This document shows positions 16,533 through 24,448 of a stretch of DNA of 64,000 nucleotides, piece by piece; positions within the stretch are counted from its first letter, which is position 1; each line of letters starts with the position of its first letter. The stretch spans positions 64,001 through 128,000 of the forward strand of contig JBFMGK010000003.1 of assembly GCA_040752575.1 (NCBI GenBank). The letters are read 5' to 3'. The notes under the pieces were generated by a model, which did no database searches, was not told the origin of the DNA, and saw only the letters and a list, made by a program, of their open reading frames with translations. A program made the position numbers and the translations under genes. The stretch comes from Candidatus Bipolaricaulota bacterium (lineage in GTDB: Bacteria > Bipolaricaulota > Bipolaricaulia > UBA7950 > UBA9294).

Positions 16533-18172
16533 GACAGGGCCTCCAGAATCGTCGCCGCGTCGAGAGGACGACCGTCATAGCGTCCGATTCGTCCTTCCGT
16601 CTCGACGCCGTACTCCATCCGCAGAAGTTGGGCGAGCTGACCGGTTGCGTTGCCCTCCGCCGTCCAGTAGCGGGCCGTCTCCGAGAACTCCATCGCCGGC
16701 AGCGGCCATAGTTCGGTGAAGTGGAGGGCTCCGACACGGCGTCCGCTGTCACGCAGGATGGAGACGGCTTCGTCGATCGCGCCCTTCGTCGAACCCCATC
16801 CGACGAGGACGAGGTCCGCATCGTCGACCGCGTTCCGGGATGGCGGGGCGATCTCGCCCTTCAGCCGGCGGCCCTTCTCGAGCCGCTTCTCGACCATCGC
16901 CGGCCGCACCGTATCGAGATCCTCGGTGATATGCCCCTGTTCCGTGTGCTCGTCGCTGTCGAGGCAGACGAGGTGCTCACTCTGGCCGAGCGCAAGCCGC
17001 GGCGAAACGCCGTCATCGGTCAGCCGATACCGCGCATACCGCTCGATCGATGCTGGGTCGGCGAGCTGCGGCCCCGGGATCGCATCGGGAAGCTCCACGG
17101 GGGGAAGCGCGAACCGCGAATCGGCGAGGTACTGGTCCGTGAGCACGATGACGGGGATCTGATAGCGATCGGCGAGATCGAACGCGCGGATCGCTGCGCG
17201 CAGCGCGTCCTGCGGGTCCGACGGCGCCAACACCGCGCGCGGCGCCTCTCCGTGCCCGGCGCGAATCGCGAACAAGAGGTCTTCCTGAGCCGTGCGCGTC
17301 GGAAGCCCGGTCGCGGGCCCCGGACGCTGGGCGAGGACAATGACGATGGGCGTCTCGATCATCCCCGCCAGGCTGACCGCTTCCACCATCAGTGCGAAGC
17401 CGCCTCCCGACGTCGCCGTCATCGCCCGAGCGCCCGCGGCGCTCGCCCCCAGCCCCATGTGGATCGCCGCGATCTCGTCCTCGGCCTGCTCGGCGAAGAC
17501 GCCGAGCTCTGGGTGGCGGGCGAAGGTCGTGATCAGATGGGTCGACGGAGACATCGGGTACGCGGCCATGAACCGGCATTCCGCCGCGGCTGCGCCGAGG
17601 GCGATGGCATCGTGCGCCGATGCGAACGCGTACCGGTGGGTCCGAGGCGGCAGCGGCCTCTCCGCCCGTTCACCCAGCCGCCCGAGCGCTTGGTCGTATC
17701 CGGCTTGAGCCGCACGAGCGTTGGCCGCCGCAACCTCTTCGCCGTGGCCGGCAAACGTCTCCCGCAGCCTGCGTTCGAGCACGGCGACCGGCATCCCGGT
17801 TGCCGCGCACAGCGCCCCGGCGGCCACGGCGTTGGCGTATCGTTCCGACCCGCCGTGCTCTTTCGCCAGATCGCGGAAGGCGAAGACCTCGGGGGAGATC
17901 AGGATTCCGCCCTCTCGGAGCTGCGGGGCATAGTGCTGTTGCGACACGCGGTTCAGCGCCAGGAGAACGTCCGCGTCGCGTCGCGGGGCGTTGTGCGGCG
18001 CCGAGCCGATCCGCAGCGTCGTGCTCGAGTTTCCTCCACGGATTCGCGACTCGAACTCCTGCGTCAGAAACACCGGGTAGCCGTGAGCGAGGAAACTCGT
18101 CGCGACGACGTCGCCGATGGTCTGGATCCCTTCCCCCGCCGCGCCGGCGATGACCACGTTTCGGTCGTTCAT
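16529..18172 (-). CDS. korA: 2-oxoacid:acceptor oxidoreductase alpha subunit (gamma-alpha fusion)
   Basis: GAAGEGIQ, SRIRGG, AYPMSPS, QAEDEIAA, TATSGGGF, QRPGPATGLPT, DEH, EGNATGQL. Confidence 0.92.
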   Translation of the reverse strand: MNDRNVVIAGAAGEGIQTIGDVVATSFLAHGYPVFLTQEFESRIRGGNSSTTLRIGSAPHNAPRRDADVLLALNRVSQQHYAPQLREGGILISPEVFAFRDLAKEHGGSERYANAVAAGALCAATGMPVAVLERRLRETFAGHGEEVAAANARAAQAGYDQALGRLGERAERPLPPRTHRYAFASAHDAIALGAAAAECRFMAAYPMSPSTHLITTFARHPELGVFAEQAEDEIAAIHMGLGASAAGARAMTATSGGGFALMVEAVSLAGMIETPIVIVLAQRPGPATGLPTRTAQEDLLFAIRAGHGEAPRAVLAPSDPQDALRAAIRAFDLADRYQIPVIVLTDQYLADSRFALPPVELPDAIPGPQLADPASIERYARYRLTDDGVSPRLALGQSEHLVCLDSDEHTEQGHITEDLDTVRPAMVEKRLEKGRRLKGEIAPPSRNAVDDADLVLVGWGSTKGAIDEAVSILRDSGRRVGALHFTELWPLPAMEFSETARYWTAEGNATGQLAQLLRMEYGVETEGRIGRYDGRPLDAATILEALS

Positions 18173-18176
18173 CGTG

Positions 18177-19352
18177 TCAGGACTCCAATTTGAGATGGCG
18201 CCCGGCGATCTGATCGGCCAGCGCGTCGAGCGCAGCGAAGGTCTTGCTGTCGGGCATTCCGCGGACGAACACCGAGTCGAGCCACTCGGCTTTCAACGAC
18301 GCACACAGCCCCTGCGCCTGCTCGGCCGCCTTTCCTCCCCAGCCGTAGGAGCCGATCACCGCCGCATGGCGCAGCTTCGGCCGCAGCGCGGCGGTCAAGT
18401 AGGCCGCGAACACGACCTTCGGATGCGGGCCGACGAGCACGGTGGGAGTCCCGAACACGACCGTCGCCGCGTCGACGAGATCCGACGCGTACTCGCCGAT
18501 ATCGGTCACCGTCAGGTTGAGAGGAACAGCGTGCACACCGCGTTCGACGAGCGCGGCGACGAGATGATCGACCATCTTCGCCGTGCTGCCATGCATCGAC
18601 ACGTAGGGGATTAGCGCGACGTTCTTCGGCGGATCGTTCACCCAGCGGCGATACGCATCGACGATCCGCGACGGCTGGTCGTAGATCGGGCCGTGGCTTG
18701 GGGCGATGAGATCGATCGGCAGGCCGGCGATCGCGTCAAGGTGCTTCCGGATCATCGAGGCAAACGGCATCATGATCTCGGCGTAGTAGCGTTTCGCGGC
18801 GCTCATCACGCGGGGGTGGTCACCAGCCAAGAGATTGGCGGTGGCGAGGTGCGAGCCGAACAGGTCGCACGTGAACAAGATGCGGTCCTCCCGCAGATAC
18901 GTCAGCATCGTCTCCGGCCAATGGACCCAGGGAGAGTAGACGAATTCGAGCGTTCGTCCCCCGAGAGACAGCGTCGAGCGGTCGGCGACGATGTCGATCC
19001 GCTCGGCCGGGATTGCGAGATGGTCGACGATCATCGGCTTGGCTTTCTCGCTTGCGAGCACGCGGGCTTCGGGGTAGCGGGCCAGAACGTCGGCCGTGGA
19101 CCCCGAGTGGTCCTGTTCGACGTGCTGAACGATCACGACGTCGATCCGCGGGACGTCAGCGAGCTGAGCGAGGAGCGTCTCTCTCTTCGTGGGGTCCGCC
19201 GTGTCGATGAGTGCCGTCTTGTCCTCTCCCCGCACAAGATACGCGTTGTAGCTCGTCCCGTCGGGAAGCGGGATCAACTCGTCGAACAGACGCCGGTCCC
19301 AGTCCACGGCGCCAAGCCACTCGACTCCCGGCTGAACCTCACGTCGCTTCAC
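18177..19352 (-). CDS. fprA: Flavodiiron protein (A-type flavoprotein, O2/NO reductase)
   Basis: GTSYNAYL, HVEQDHSG, HWPET, DLFG, PSHG, flavodoxin domain YVSMHGST...GSYGWGG. Confidence 0.95.
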   Translation of the reverse strand: MKRREVQPGVEWLGAVDWDRRLFDELIPLPDGTSYNAYLVRGEDKTALIDTADPTKRETLLAQLADVPRIDVVIVQHVEQDHSGSTADVLARYPEARVLASEKAKPMIVDHLAIPAERIDIVADRSTLSLGGRTLEFVYSPWVHWPETMLTYLREDRILFTCDLFGSHLATANLLAGDHPRVMSAAKRYYAEIMMPFASMIRKHLDAIAGLPIDLIAPSHGPIYDQPSRIVDAYRRWVNDPPKNVALIPYVSMHGSTAKMVDHLVAALVERGVHAVPLNLTVTDIGEYASDLVDAATVVFGTPTVLVGPHPKVVFAAYLTAALRPKLRHAAVIGSYGWGGKAAEQAQGLCASLKAEWLDSVFVRGMPDSKTFAALDALADQIAGRHLKLES

Positions 19353-19453
19353 GTCGATCTCCTTTCAACATTGCGGGGCGCGGCCCGTCTCCCGCCGTCC
19401 GATCCCTGGGTGGCCTTCCCTGGCAGGGTCCGGGGGACGCGCCCGCATCTTCT

Positions 19454-19615
19454 CTAGCTCACCTTCTCGAACTGGTCCTTCCCGACGCCGCAGATCGGGC
19501 AGACCCACGAGTCGGGGATGTCGGCAAACGCCGTACCCGCAGCGACGCCACCATCCGGATCGCCGACCGTCGGGTCGTACACGTAGCCGCACACGGTGCA
19601 GATCCACTTTTCCAT
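19454..19615 (-). CDS. rub: Rubredoxin (53 aa; below the ORF-track length cut-off)
   Basis: Hand translation [63 protein letters not shown]. Confidence 0.97.
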   Translation of the reverse strand: MEKWICTVCGYVYDPTVGDPDGGVAAGTAFADIPDSWVCPICGVGKDQFEKVS

Positions 19616-19617
19616 CG

Positions 19618-20130
19618 CTATCCCCTCCTCAGGGTCTTGCGGTACTCGTTGTAGGTGAGCGGTTCGCCGCCGTCGCGCGTTCCCGCCCGATCGACCGACG
19701 CGACGAACAGCGTGTGCGTGTCAAGGTCGAGCAGGCGCTCGCGAACCACCGTGCACTCATACAGCGCCACGGCGTTCTCAAGGTATGGAAGGCCGCTTTC
19801 CGACAGGCCGTGGGGGAAGCCGGCGAACTTGTCGGCGGCGCGCCCCGATTGAAACCCGAAGCGGCGAATCACGTCCGCGTTCGCTGGGTCGGCGCGGTCG
19901 ATCACGCTGACGGCGAATCGCCCCGTTTCGGCGATCATCTCGTGGGTCAGCGAGCGCTTGCCGATGCCGATGGCGATGCGGGGCGGCGCATTCGTCACCT
20001 GCATCAGCGCATCGAGGATCTGACCGTTCAGTTTCTCCCCCCGCTTCGCGGTCACGACATAGAGGCCGTGCGTCACCTGGAACAGCGCGTTGTTGAGGGC
20101 GGCCGCATCGCTCACAAACGTGAAGGGCAT
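19618..20130 (-). CDS. Flavin reductase family protein (flavoredoxin-like)
   Basis: [39 protein letters not shown]. Confidence 0.88.
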   Translation of the reverse strand: MPFTFVSDAAALNNALFQVTHGLYVVTAKRGEKLNGQILDALMQVTNAPPRIAIGIGKRSLTHEMIAETGRFAVSVIDRADPANADVIRRFGFQSGRAADKFAGFPHGLSESGLPYLENAVALYECTVVRERLLDLDTHTLFVASVDRAGTRDGGEPLTYNEYRKTLRRG

Positions 20131-20144
20131 GGCTCTCCTTATGG

Positions 20145-20666
20145 CTACGCCGCGCCGGGTTCGGCCGCCGGCGGCGTGAACACGCGCGCCCCCAGCTCAC
20201 GATCGGCCATCAGAAGGCCGTGACCGGACTCGCCGATCAACGTCAGCATGTCGACGATCTTCGACGCATTCGCCTCTTCTTCCACTTGCTCGTTGACGAA
20301 CCACTGGAGCATGAACAGCGCCGCGTTGTCGTTTTCTTCGCGGGCGATCTTCGTCAGCTCGTCGATTCGCGCCGTGATGAACTGCTCGTGCTTGTACGCC
20401 GCTTGGAACGCGGCGAGCGGCGACGGCCAGGTGGACTCCGGCGCGGCCAACGCCTTCAGTTCGATGTGGCCGCCGCGATCGCGGATGTGGTCGAAGAACC
20501 GCATCGCGTGCGTCATCTCCTCTTGCGCCTGCACCTTCATCCACTGCGCCATGCCGTCCAGTCCCTTGGCGTGGAAGTCGGCGGCCATCGCGAGGTAGAG
20601 ATACGCCGATCCCAATTCGTGTTGGATCTGCTCGTTGATCGCTTCCTGCATTCTCTTTCCGATCAT
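20145..20666 (-). CDS. ftnA: Non-heme ferritin
   Basis: AINEQIQHELGSAYLY, QAQEEMTHA, HEQFIT, LQWFVNEQVEEE; ATG 20666 with GGAGG RBS. Confidence 0.95.
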   Translation of the reverse strand: MIGKRMQEAINEQIQHELGSAYLYLAMAADFHAKGLDGMAQWMKVQAQEEMTHAMRFFDHIRDRGGHIELKALAAPESTWPSPLAAFQAAYKHEQFITARIDELTKIAREENDNAALFMLQWFVNEQVEEEANASKIVDMLTLIGESGHGLLMADRELGARVFTPPAAEPGAA

Positions 20667-20721
20667 CTTGGGGCACCTCCTGGTTGTGGGTCGTCCCACC
20701 GTACGTGACGTGGTCGAGGAT

Positions 20722-21294
20722 CTACCAATTCTCGGCCAGCAACTCGAAGTGAGCTTGTGGATGCGCGCAGGCCGGACAGAGGTTTGGGGCCTCCGCGCCA
20801 GCGTGCAGATAGCCGCAGTTCCGGCATCGCCAGACCGTCGGCGCGGGCCGGCGGAAAACGGTTCCAGCCTCGACGTTCTTCAGCAGCCCGAGGTATCTCT
20901 TCTCGTGCTGCTTCTCGGCGACCGAAACCGCCTCGAAGACCGCGGCGACTTCGGTAAAGCCCTCCTGGCGAGCGATCCGCGCGAACTCGGGGTACAGCAC
21001 GCTCCACTCGTGGTGCTCGCCGCCCGCCGCTGCGCGCAGATTCTCGGCGGTCGACGCGATGACTCCTGCGGGGAAAGCCGCAGTGATCTCGACGTCGCCC
21101 CCCTCCAGAAACTTGAAGAAGCGCTTGGCGTGCTCCTTCTCCTGGTCGGCCGTCTCCTGAAAGATGGCCTGAATCTGGACGAAGCCGTCCTTCGAGGCCT
21201 GCGAGGCGTAGTACGTGTACCGATTGCGCGCCTGCGACTCACCGGCAAACGCCTTGAGCAGGTTCTTCTCTGTCTGCGATCCCTTGAACTGCAT
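20722..21294 (-). CDS. rbr: Rubrerythrin (classical type)
   Basis: TEKNLLKAFAGESQARNRY, QEKEHAKR, GEHHE..LYP, AEKQH, WRCRNCGY...CPACAHP. Confidence 0.96.
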   Translation of the reverse strand: MQFKGSQTEKNLLKAFAGESQARNRYTYYASQASKDGFVQIQAIFQETADQEKEHAKRFFKFLEGGDVEITAAFPAGVIASTAENLRAAAGGEHHEWSVLYPEFARIARQEGFTEVAAVFEAVSVAEKQHEKRYLGLLKNVEAGTVFRRPAPTVWRCRNCGYLHAGAEAPNLCPACAHPQAHFELLAENW

Positions 21295-21314
21295 CTCGTC
21301 CTCCTTGCCTCTTC

Positions 21315-22112
21315 CTATCTCTGGCACGCCGGGCAGAAGCATGTCGACCTCCCGGCCTGAATCAATCGCTCAATCCCTTTTCCGCAGCGCTCGCACGGCT
21401 CGCCTTCACGTCCGTAGACGGCGAGATGGTTCTGGAACGATCCCGTCTCGGTTGCTGTCGGGTGGTAGTCCGACACACTCGACCCGAGGGTCGTCCCGAG
21501 CTGCGCCACGGCCTCCCCGAGCACGCAGACGATCGCCTTGTGCAGGCGTCCGATCTCGGCACGAGAGAGCTCGTTCGCCTTGCGCCGTGGATCGAGCCGC
21601 GCGCGCCACAGCGACTCGGCGGCGTAGATGTTCCCGATTCCGGCGATCCGCTTCTGATCAAGGAGGAAGCCCTTGATCGGGGCTCGCGACGAGGACGCTA
21701 GCCTCGCCAAGGCGGCTGGCGTGAACTCCTCGCTCAGCGGCTCGATTCCGACAGGTACGTCGAAACCGCCTTCGTAGAGTTCCGCCGTACCCAGTCGTCG
21801 CGGATCGATGAAGTAGACACTCCGCCGCTTGCCCAGCCGCAGAACCAAGCGTGCGTACTTCGCCTCGCCCTCTCGGCACCCCAAGCGCAGCCGGCCCGAC
21901 ATCCGGAGGTGGACGACGAGCGTCCGGCCGTTGTCGAGGTGGATGCCGATGTACTTCCCGCGGCGCCGGATCTCCTCGATCCGCGCCCCAGTGAGGTCAT
22001 CGCCCGACACCGCAAGCTTCGTATCCAGCACCTCGGCCGACGTGATCGTTTGACCCACCGTGGGTGCCAGACCGCGCACGAAAGTCTCGACCTCAGGCAG
22101 CTCAGGAGGCAT
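21315..22112 (-). CDS. mutM: Formamidopyrimidine-DNA glycosylase (Fpg/MutM)
   Basis: (M)PPELPEVE, RRGKY, HLRMSG, DPRRLG, LLDQKRIAGIGNIYA H2TH motif, CERC...CPACQ zinc finger. Confidence 0.95.
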   Translation of the reverse strand: MPPELPEVETFVRGLAPTVGQTITSAEVLDTKLAVSGDDLTGARIEEIRRRGKYIGIHLDNGRTLVVHLRMSGRLRLGCREGEAKYARLVLRLGKRRSVYFIDPRRLGTAELYEGGFDVPVGIEPLSEEFTPAALARLASSSRAPIKGFLLDQKRIAGIGNIYAAESLWRARLDPRRKANELSRAEIGRLHKAIVCVLGEAVAQLGTTLGSSVSDYHPTATETGSFQNHLAVYGREGEPCERCGKGIERLIQAGRSTCFCPACQR

Positions 22113-22599
22113 GGTCTTCCTCCCCTCCGGCGGACTTGCGCGCCAGCTTCTTCGAACCTTGCGATGCCCGAGGCATCTCGGACGAGCGCTTCGCGTCGAG
22201 GCAGGATGAGCAGACGCCAAAAGCGTAGGTTCGCACGGCCTCGACCTCGTGCCCTTCGACCCTCTTGTTCAGACACTGTGTCGCCTCGATGTCGAGGTCG
22301 TAGACCCCACCACAGACCCGACAGCGGAAGTGCACGTGCGGTCCCAGGTCGGCGTCATAGCGCGCGGCGGACGGGTCGACAGACAGGCGAAGAATCGTCC
22401 CGGCACGGGTCAACGCGTCCAGCGTGTTGTAGACCGTCGCTCGGGCAATCGTCGGATGCTCCCTGTGGACGGCCGCGTACACCTCGTCGGCCGTTGGGTG
22501 CGTCTTCGTGCCCTCGAGAAACGCAAGGATGGCAAGGCGCTGCATCGTCGGCGTTACGCCCGCTTCTCGTAGACGTTCCATTCTCTTCTCGGGAGCCAT
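22102..22599 (-). CDS. perR: Fur-family peroxide-responsive regulator PerR
   Basis: TMQRLAIL, THPTADEVY, ATVYNTL, RYDA, HVHFRCRVC...D, CSSC; heads an oxidative-stress operon. Confidence 0.88.
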   Translation of the reverse strand: MAPEKRMERLREAGVTPTMQRLAILAFLEGTKTHPTADEVYAAVHREHPTIARATVYNTLDALTRAGTILRLSVDPSAARYDADLGPHVHFRCRVCGGVYDLDIEATQCLNKRVEGHEVEAVRTYAFGVCSSCLDAKRSSEMPRASQGSKKLARKSAGGEEDHAS

Positions 22600-22608
22600 G
22601 ATGGAGTA

Positions 22609-22637
22609 AGTATAGGATGAGATGAAGTCTAAATCAA
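22609..22637 (-). promoter_or_regulatory. perR operon promoter with a Per-box-like operator
   Basis: TTGATT-17-TATACT, 9 nt before the ATG; imperfect 15-bp palindrome TTAGACTTCATCTCA (22632-22618) between the hexamers. Confidence 0.6.
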
Positions 22638-22741
22638 GAGCAAGGCTACGACTCTGTGCGCGAAAGGCCCGCTCGGAGAGGCGACAGCAGAGGCCAGTCT
22701 CTTGTGCCGATCAGTGGCCCGGCTCCCGTCGGCCGCATTCC

Positions 22742-23198
22742 CAGCATCAGGAGATGGCGAAGGTTGCAGGTCCGTCGTGCTGTGGGCTTCTACGTTCGAG
22801 ACCCCTGCGACGTACTCGATGCCCGGGCGAGCGCTATGGGAGCCGCCTCGGGAGATCAATACGTGATGAGTCGACCTAGCCCATCGCCCCAACGGGCTCC
22901 GCGGAACATCCTGAATATCTCACCTGTTTGGGATAGTAGTTGTCATCGTGCCTTCTCACCACATCTAGAATGGAACGATCGCTGCACGGCATCGGTGTGT
23001 GAGCCAGCCAGGAGGTGGACCCGTGGGCTTGACACAGAGCCATGGGAGATCAATACTGCTCGATGAGAACCAACCCTCGGCAGTACGTGTCGCGACACAT
23101 CTGGGCGACACCGAGCCCGAGGGCTTTCTGCTTCTGGCGGCAGCATTGCCACAACCGCGTCCGCCGGCTTCACTCTCAGCATCAGAAGATGGCGAAGG
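22742..23198 (+). repeat. Two pairs of dispersed direct repeats in the perR-birA spacer
   Basis: CAGCATCAGRAGATGGCGAAGG at 22742 and 23177; GGGAGATCAATAC at 22850 and 23044. Confidence 0.7.
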
Positions 23199-23210
23199 CC
23201 ACACGTCGCC

Positions 23211-23312
23211 GAGCTCGGCATCGCTCGCGAACTGACGGGCAGGCGGCGCAATCGCCTGTTCGTCTACGACAGGTACCTCGCGATCCTCAGCGAAGGGACG
23301 GAAGCGCTCTAG
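23211..23312 (+). pseudogene. C-terminal remnant of a Fic-family protein
   Basis: Hand translation ELGIARELTGRRRNRLFVYDRYLAILSEGTEAL*, resembling the winged-helix C-terminus of Fic proteins; no upstream Fic domain or start codon. Confidence 0.65.
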
Positions 23313-23432
23313 GCGGCTTCGCCGCGCGAGCCGCGCCGATCGCGGCCCCATGGGTGGAGACGCGTGGATCAAGTTCCAGATTGCTCATCCACGGGTGATG
23401 GGTACACTCCACTCACGGGAGGGTGAGGGAGC

Positions 23433-24263
23433 GTGACGACCGGCGATCGCCCGAGTCGGGAGACGATGCGACACGCGGGCTTCTCTTCTTCCGGGTGTGT
23501 TGATGGCCTTGACTCGCGCCTCGACGAGGGCTCGATCCCACATTGGATCTTCCTCGACGAGGTGGACTCCACGAACGCCTATGCGGCGCGCCGCTTGCCC
23601 GAGATCCCTCACGGCACGTTCGTCATGGCTGCAGCGCAGACGGCGGGGCGAGGACGGCTCGGCAGGCGCTGGCACTCGCCTCCGGTCGGCAATGTCTACA
23701 TGAGCGGCGTCGTCAAGGCGTTTCCCGCCGTGCCTTCCGCGGCGCTTCCCGGCGCGCTCACGATGACGATGGCGCTTGCGGTGTGCGACGCCATCGAGCG
23801 CGAGGGCCTCGCGCCGACGCTCAAATGGCCCAACGACGTGTTGGTGGATGGCCGGAAGGTCGCCGGAGTCCTCGCGCAGGCGACCTACGAAGGTCCCCGG
23901 GCCACCGCGGCCGTCGTCGGCGTGGGCATCAACGTCAACATGACGGCCGTCGAGCTTGCGGCCATCGATCGCCCGGCGACGTCGCTCGCAATCTCTACGG
24001 GGCGATCGCTCGACGCCTCAGCCATTGCGCAGAGTGTCGCGGCGCGATTCCTCGGTCGGCTCGCGGCAACGCGTCTCGACGCCCTGCGTTCCGAGGTTCT
24101 CGCAAAGATGACAGGAATCGGCGATCCTATCCAGGTCGTGGGTCCCCAGGGGACGCTCTTCGGAACGGCCGTCGACCTGGCGGAGGATCTGACTCTCCAG
24201 GTCTGCGACGACCGTGGATGCATGCATCGGATTTCGGGTGGTGACGTATGCGCGATGGGTTGA
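23433..24263 (+). CDS. birA: Biotin--protein ligase (no N-terminal HTH)
   Basis: DSTN, QTAGRGRLGRRW.SP, LKWPNDV, KVAGVL, GVGINVN; start uncertain. Confidence 0.93.
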   Translation: MTTGDRPSRETMRHAGFSSSGCVDGLDSRLDEGSIPHWIFLDEVDSTNAYAARRLPEIPHGTFVMAAAQTAGRGRLGRRWHSPPVGNVYMSGVVKAFPAVPSAALPGALTMTMALAVCDAIEREGLAPTLKWPNDVLVDGRKVAGVLAQATYEGPRATAAVVGVGINVNMTAVELAAIDRPATSLAISTGRSLDASAIAQSVAARFLGRLAATRLDALRSEVLAKMTGIGDPIQVVGPQGTLFGTAVDLAEDLTLQVCDDRGCMHRISGGDVCAMG

Positions 24264-24448
24264 CCGTGACAATCGTGGGCATCACCTTCACGTTCCTCTT
24301 CTTGGCGCTTCTTGTCGTCCTCGTGGTGTTGCTCGGCCGCGTCGCACGCCGGGTTGAGCGCCACGCGGTGGGCAACGGGGGCGACCTCGCCGAGGTGGCG
24401 GCCGTGATCGCGATTGCCCGTGGGCGCAGCGATAAGGGAAAGCGATGA
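24248..24448 (+). CDS. oadG: Na+-pumping decarboxylase gamma subunit (OadG family)
   Basis: N-terminal TM GLTVTIVGITFTFLFLALL, C-terminal EVAAVIAIA; overlaps birA and oadA. Confidence 0.8.
   Translation: MRDGLTVTIVGITFTFLFLALLVVLVVLLGRVARRVERHAVGNGGDLAEVAAVIAIARGRSDKGKR

Noticed and set aside
23170..23200. Minus-frame AFAIF*C*E* with three TGA codons, suggesting a multi-selenocysteine peptide
   Set aside because: No start/RBS, SECIS-like hairpin or known selenoprotein motif; it is the antisense of repeat A
22622..23398. ORF-track ORFs in the perR-birA spacer
   Set aside because: Mutually overlapping, atypical composition, no RBS or recognisable domain; only the Fic remnant is supported
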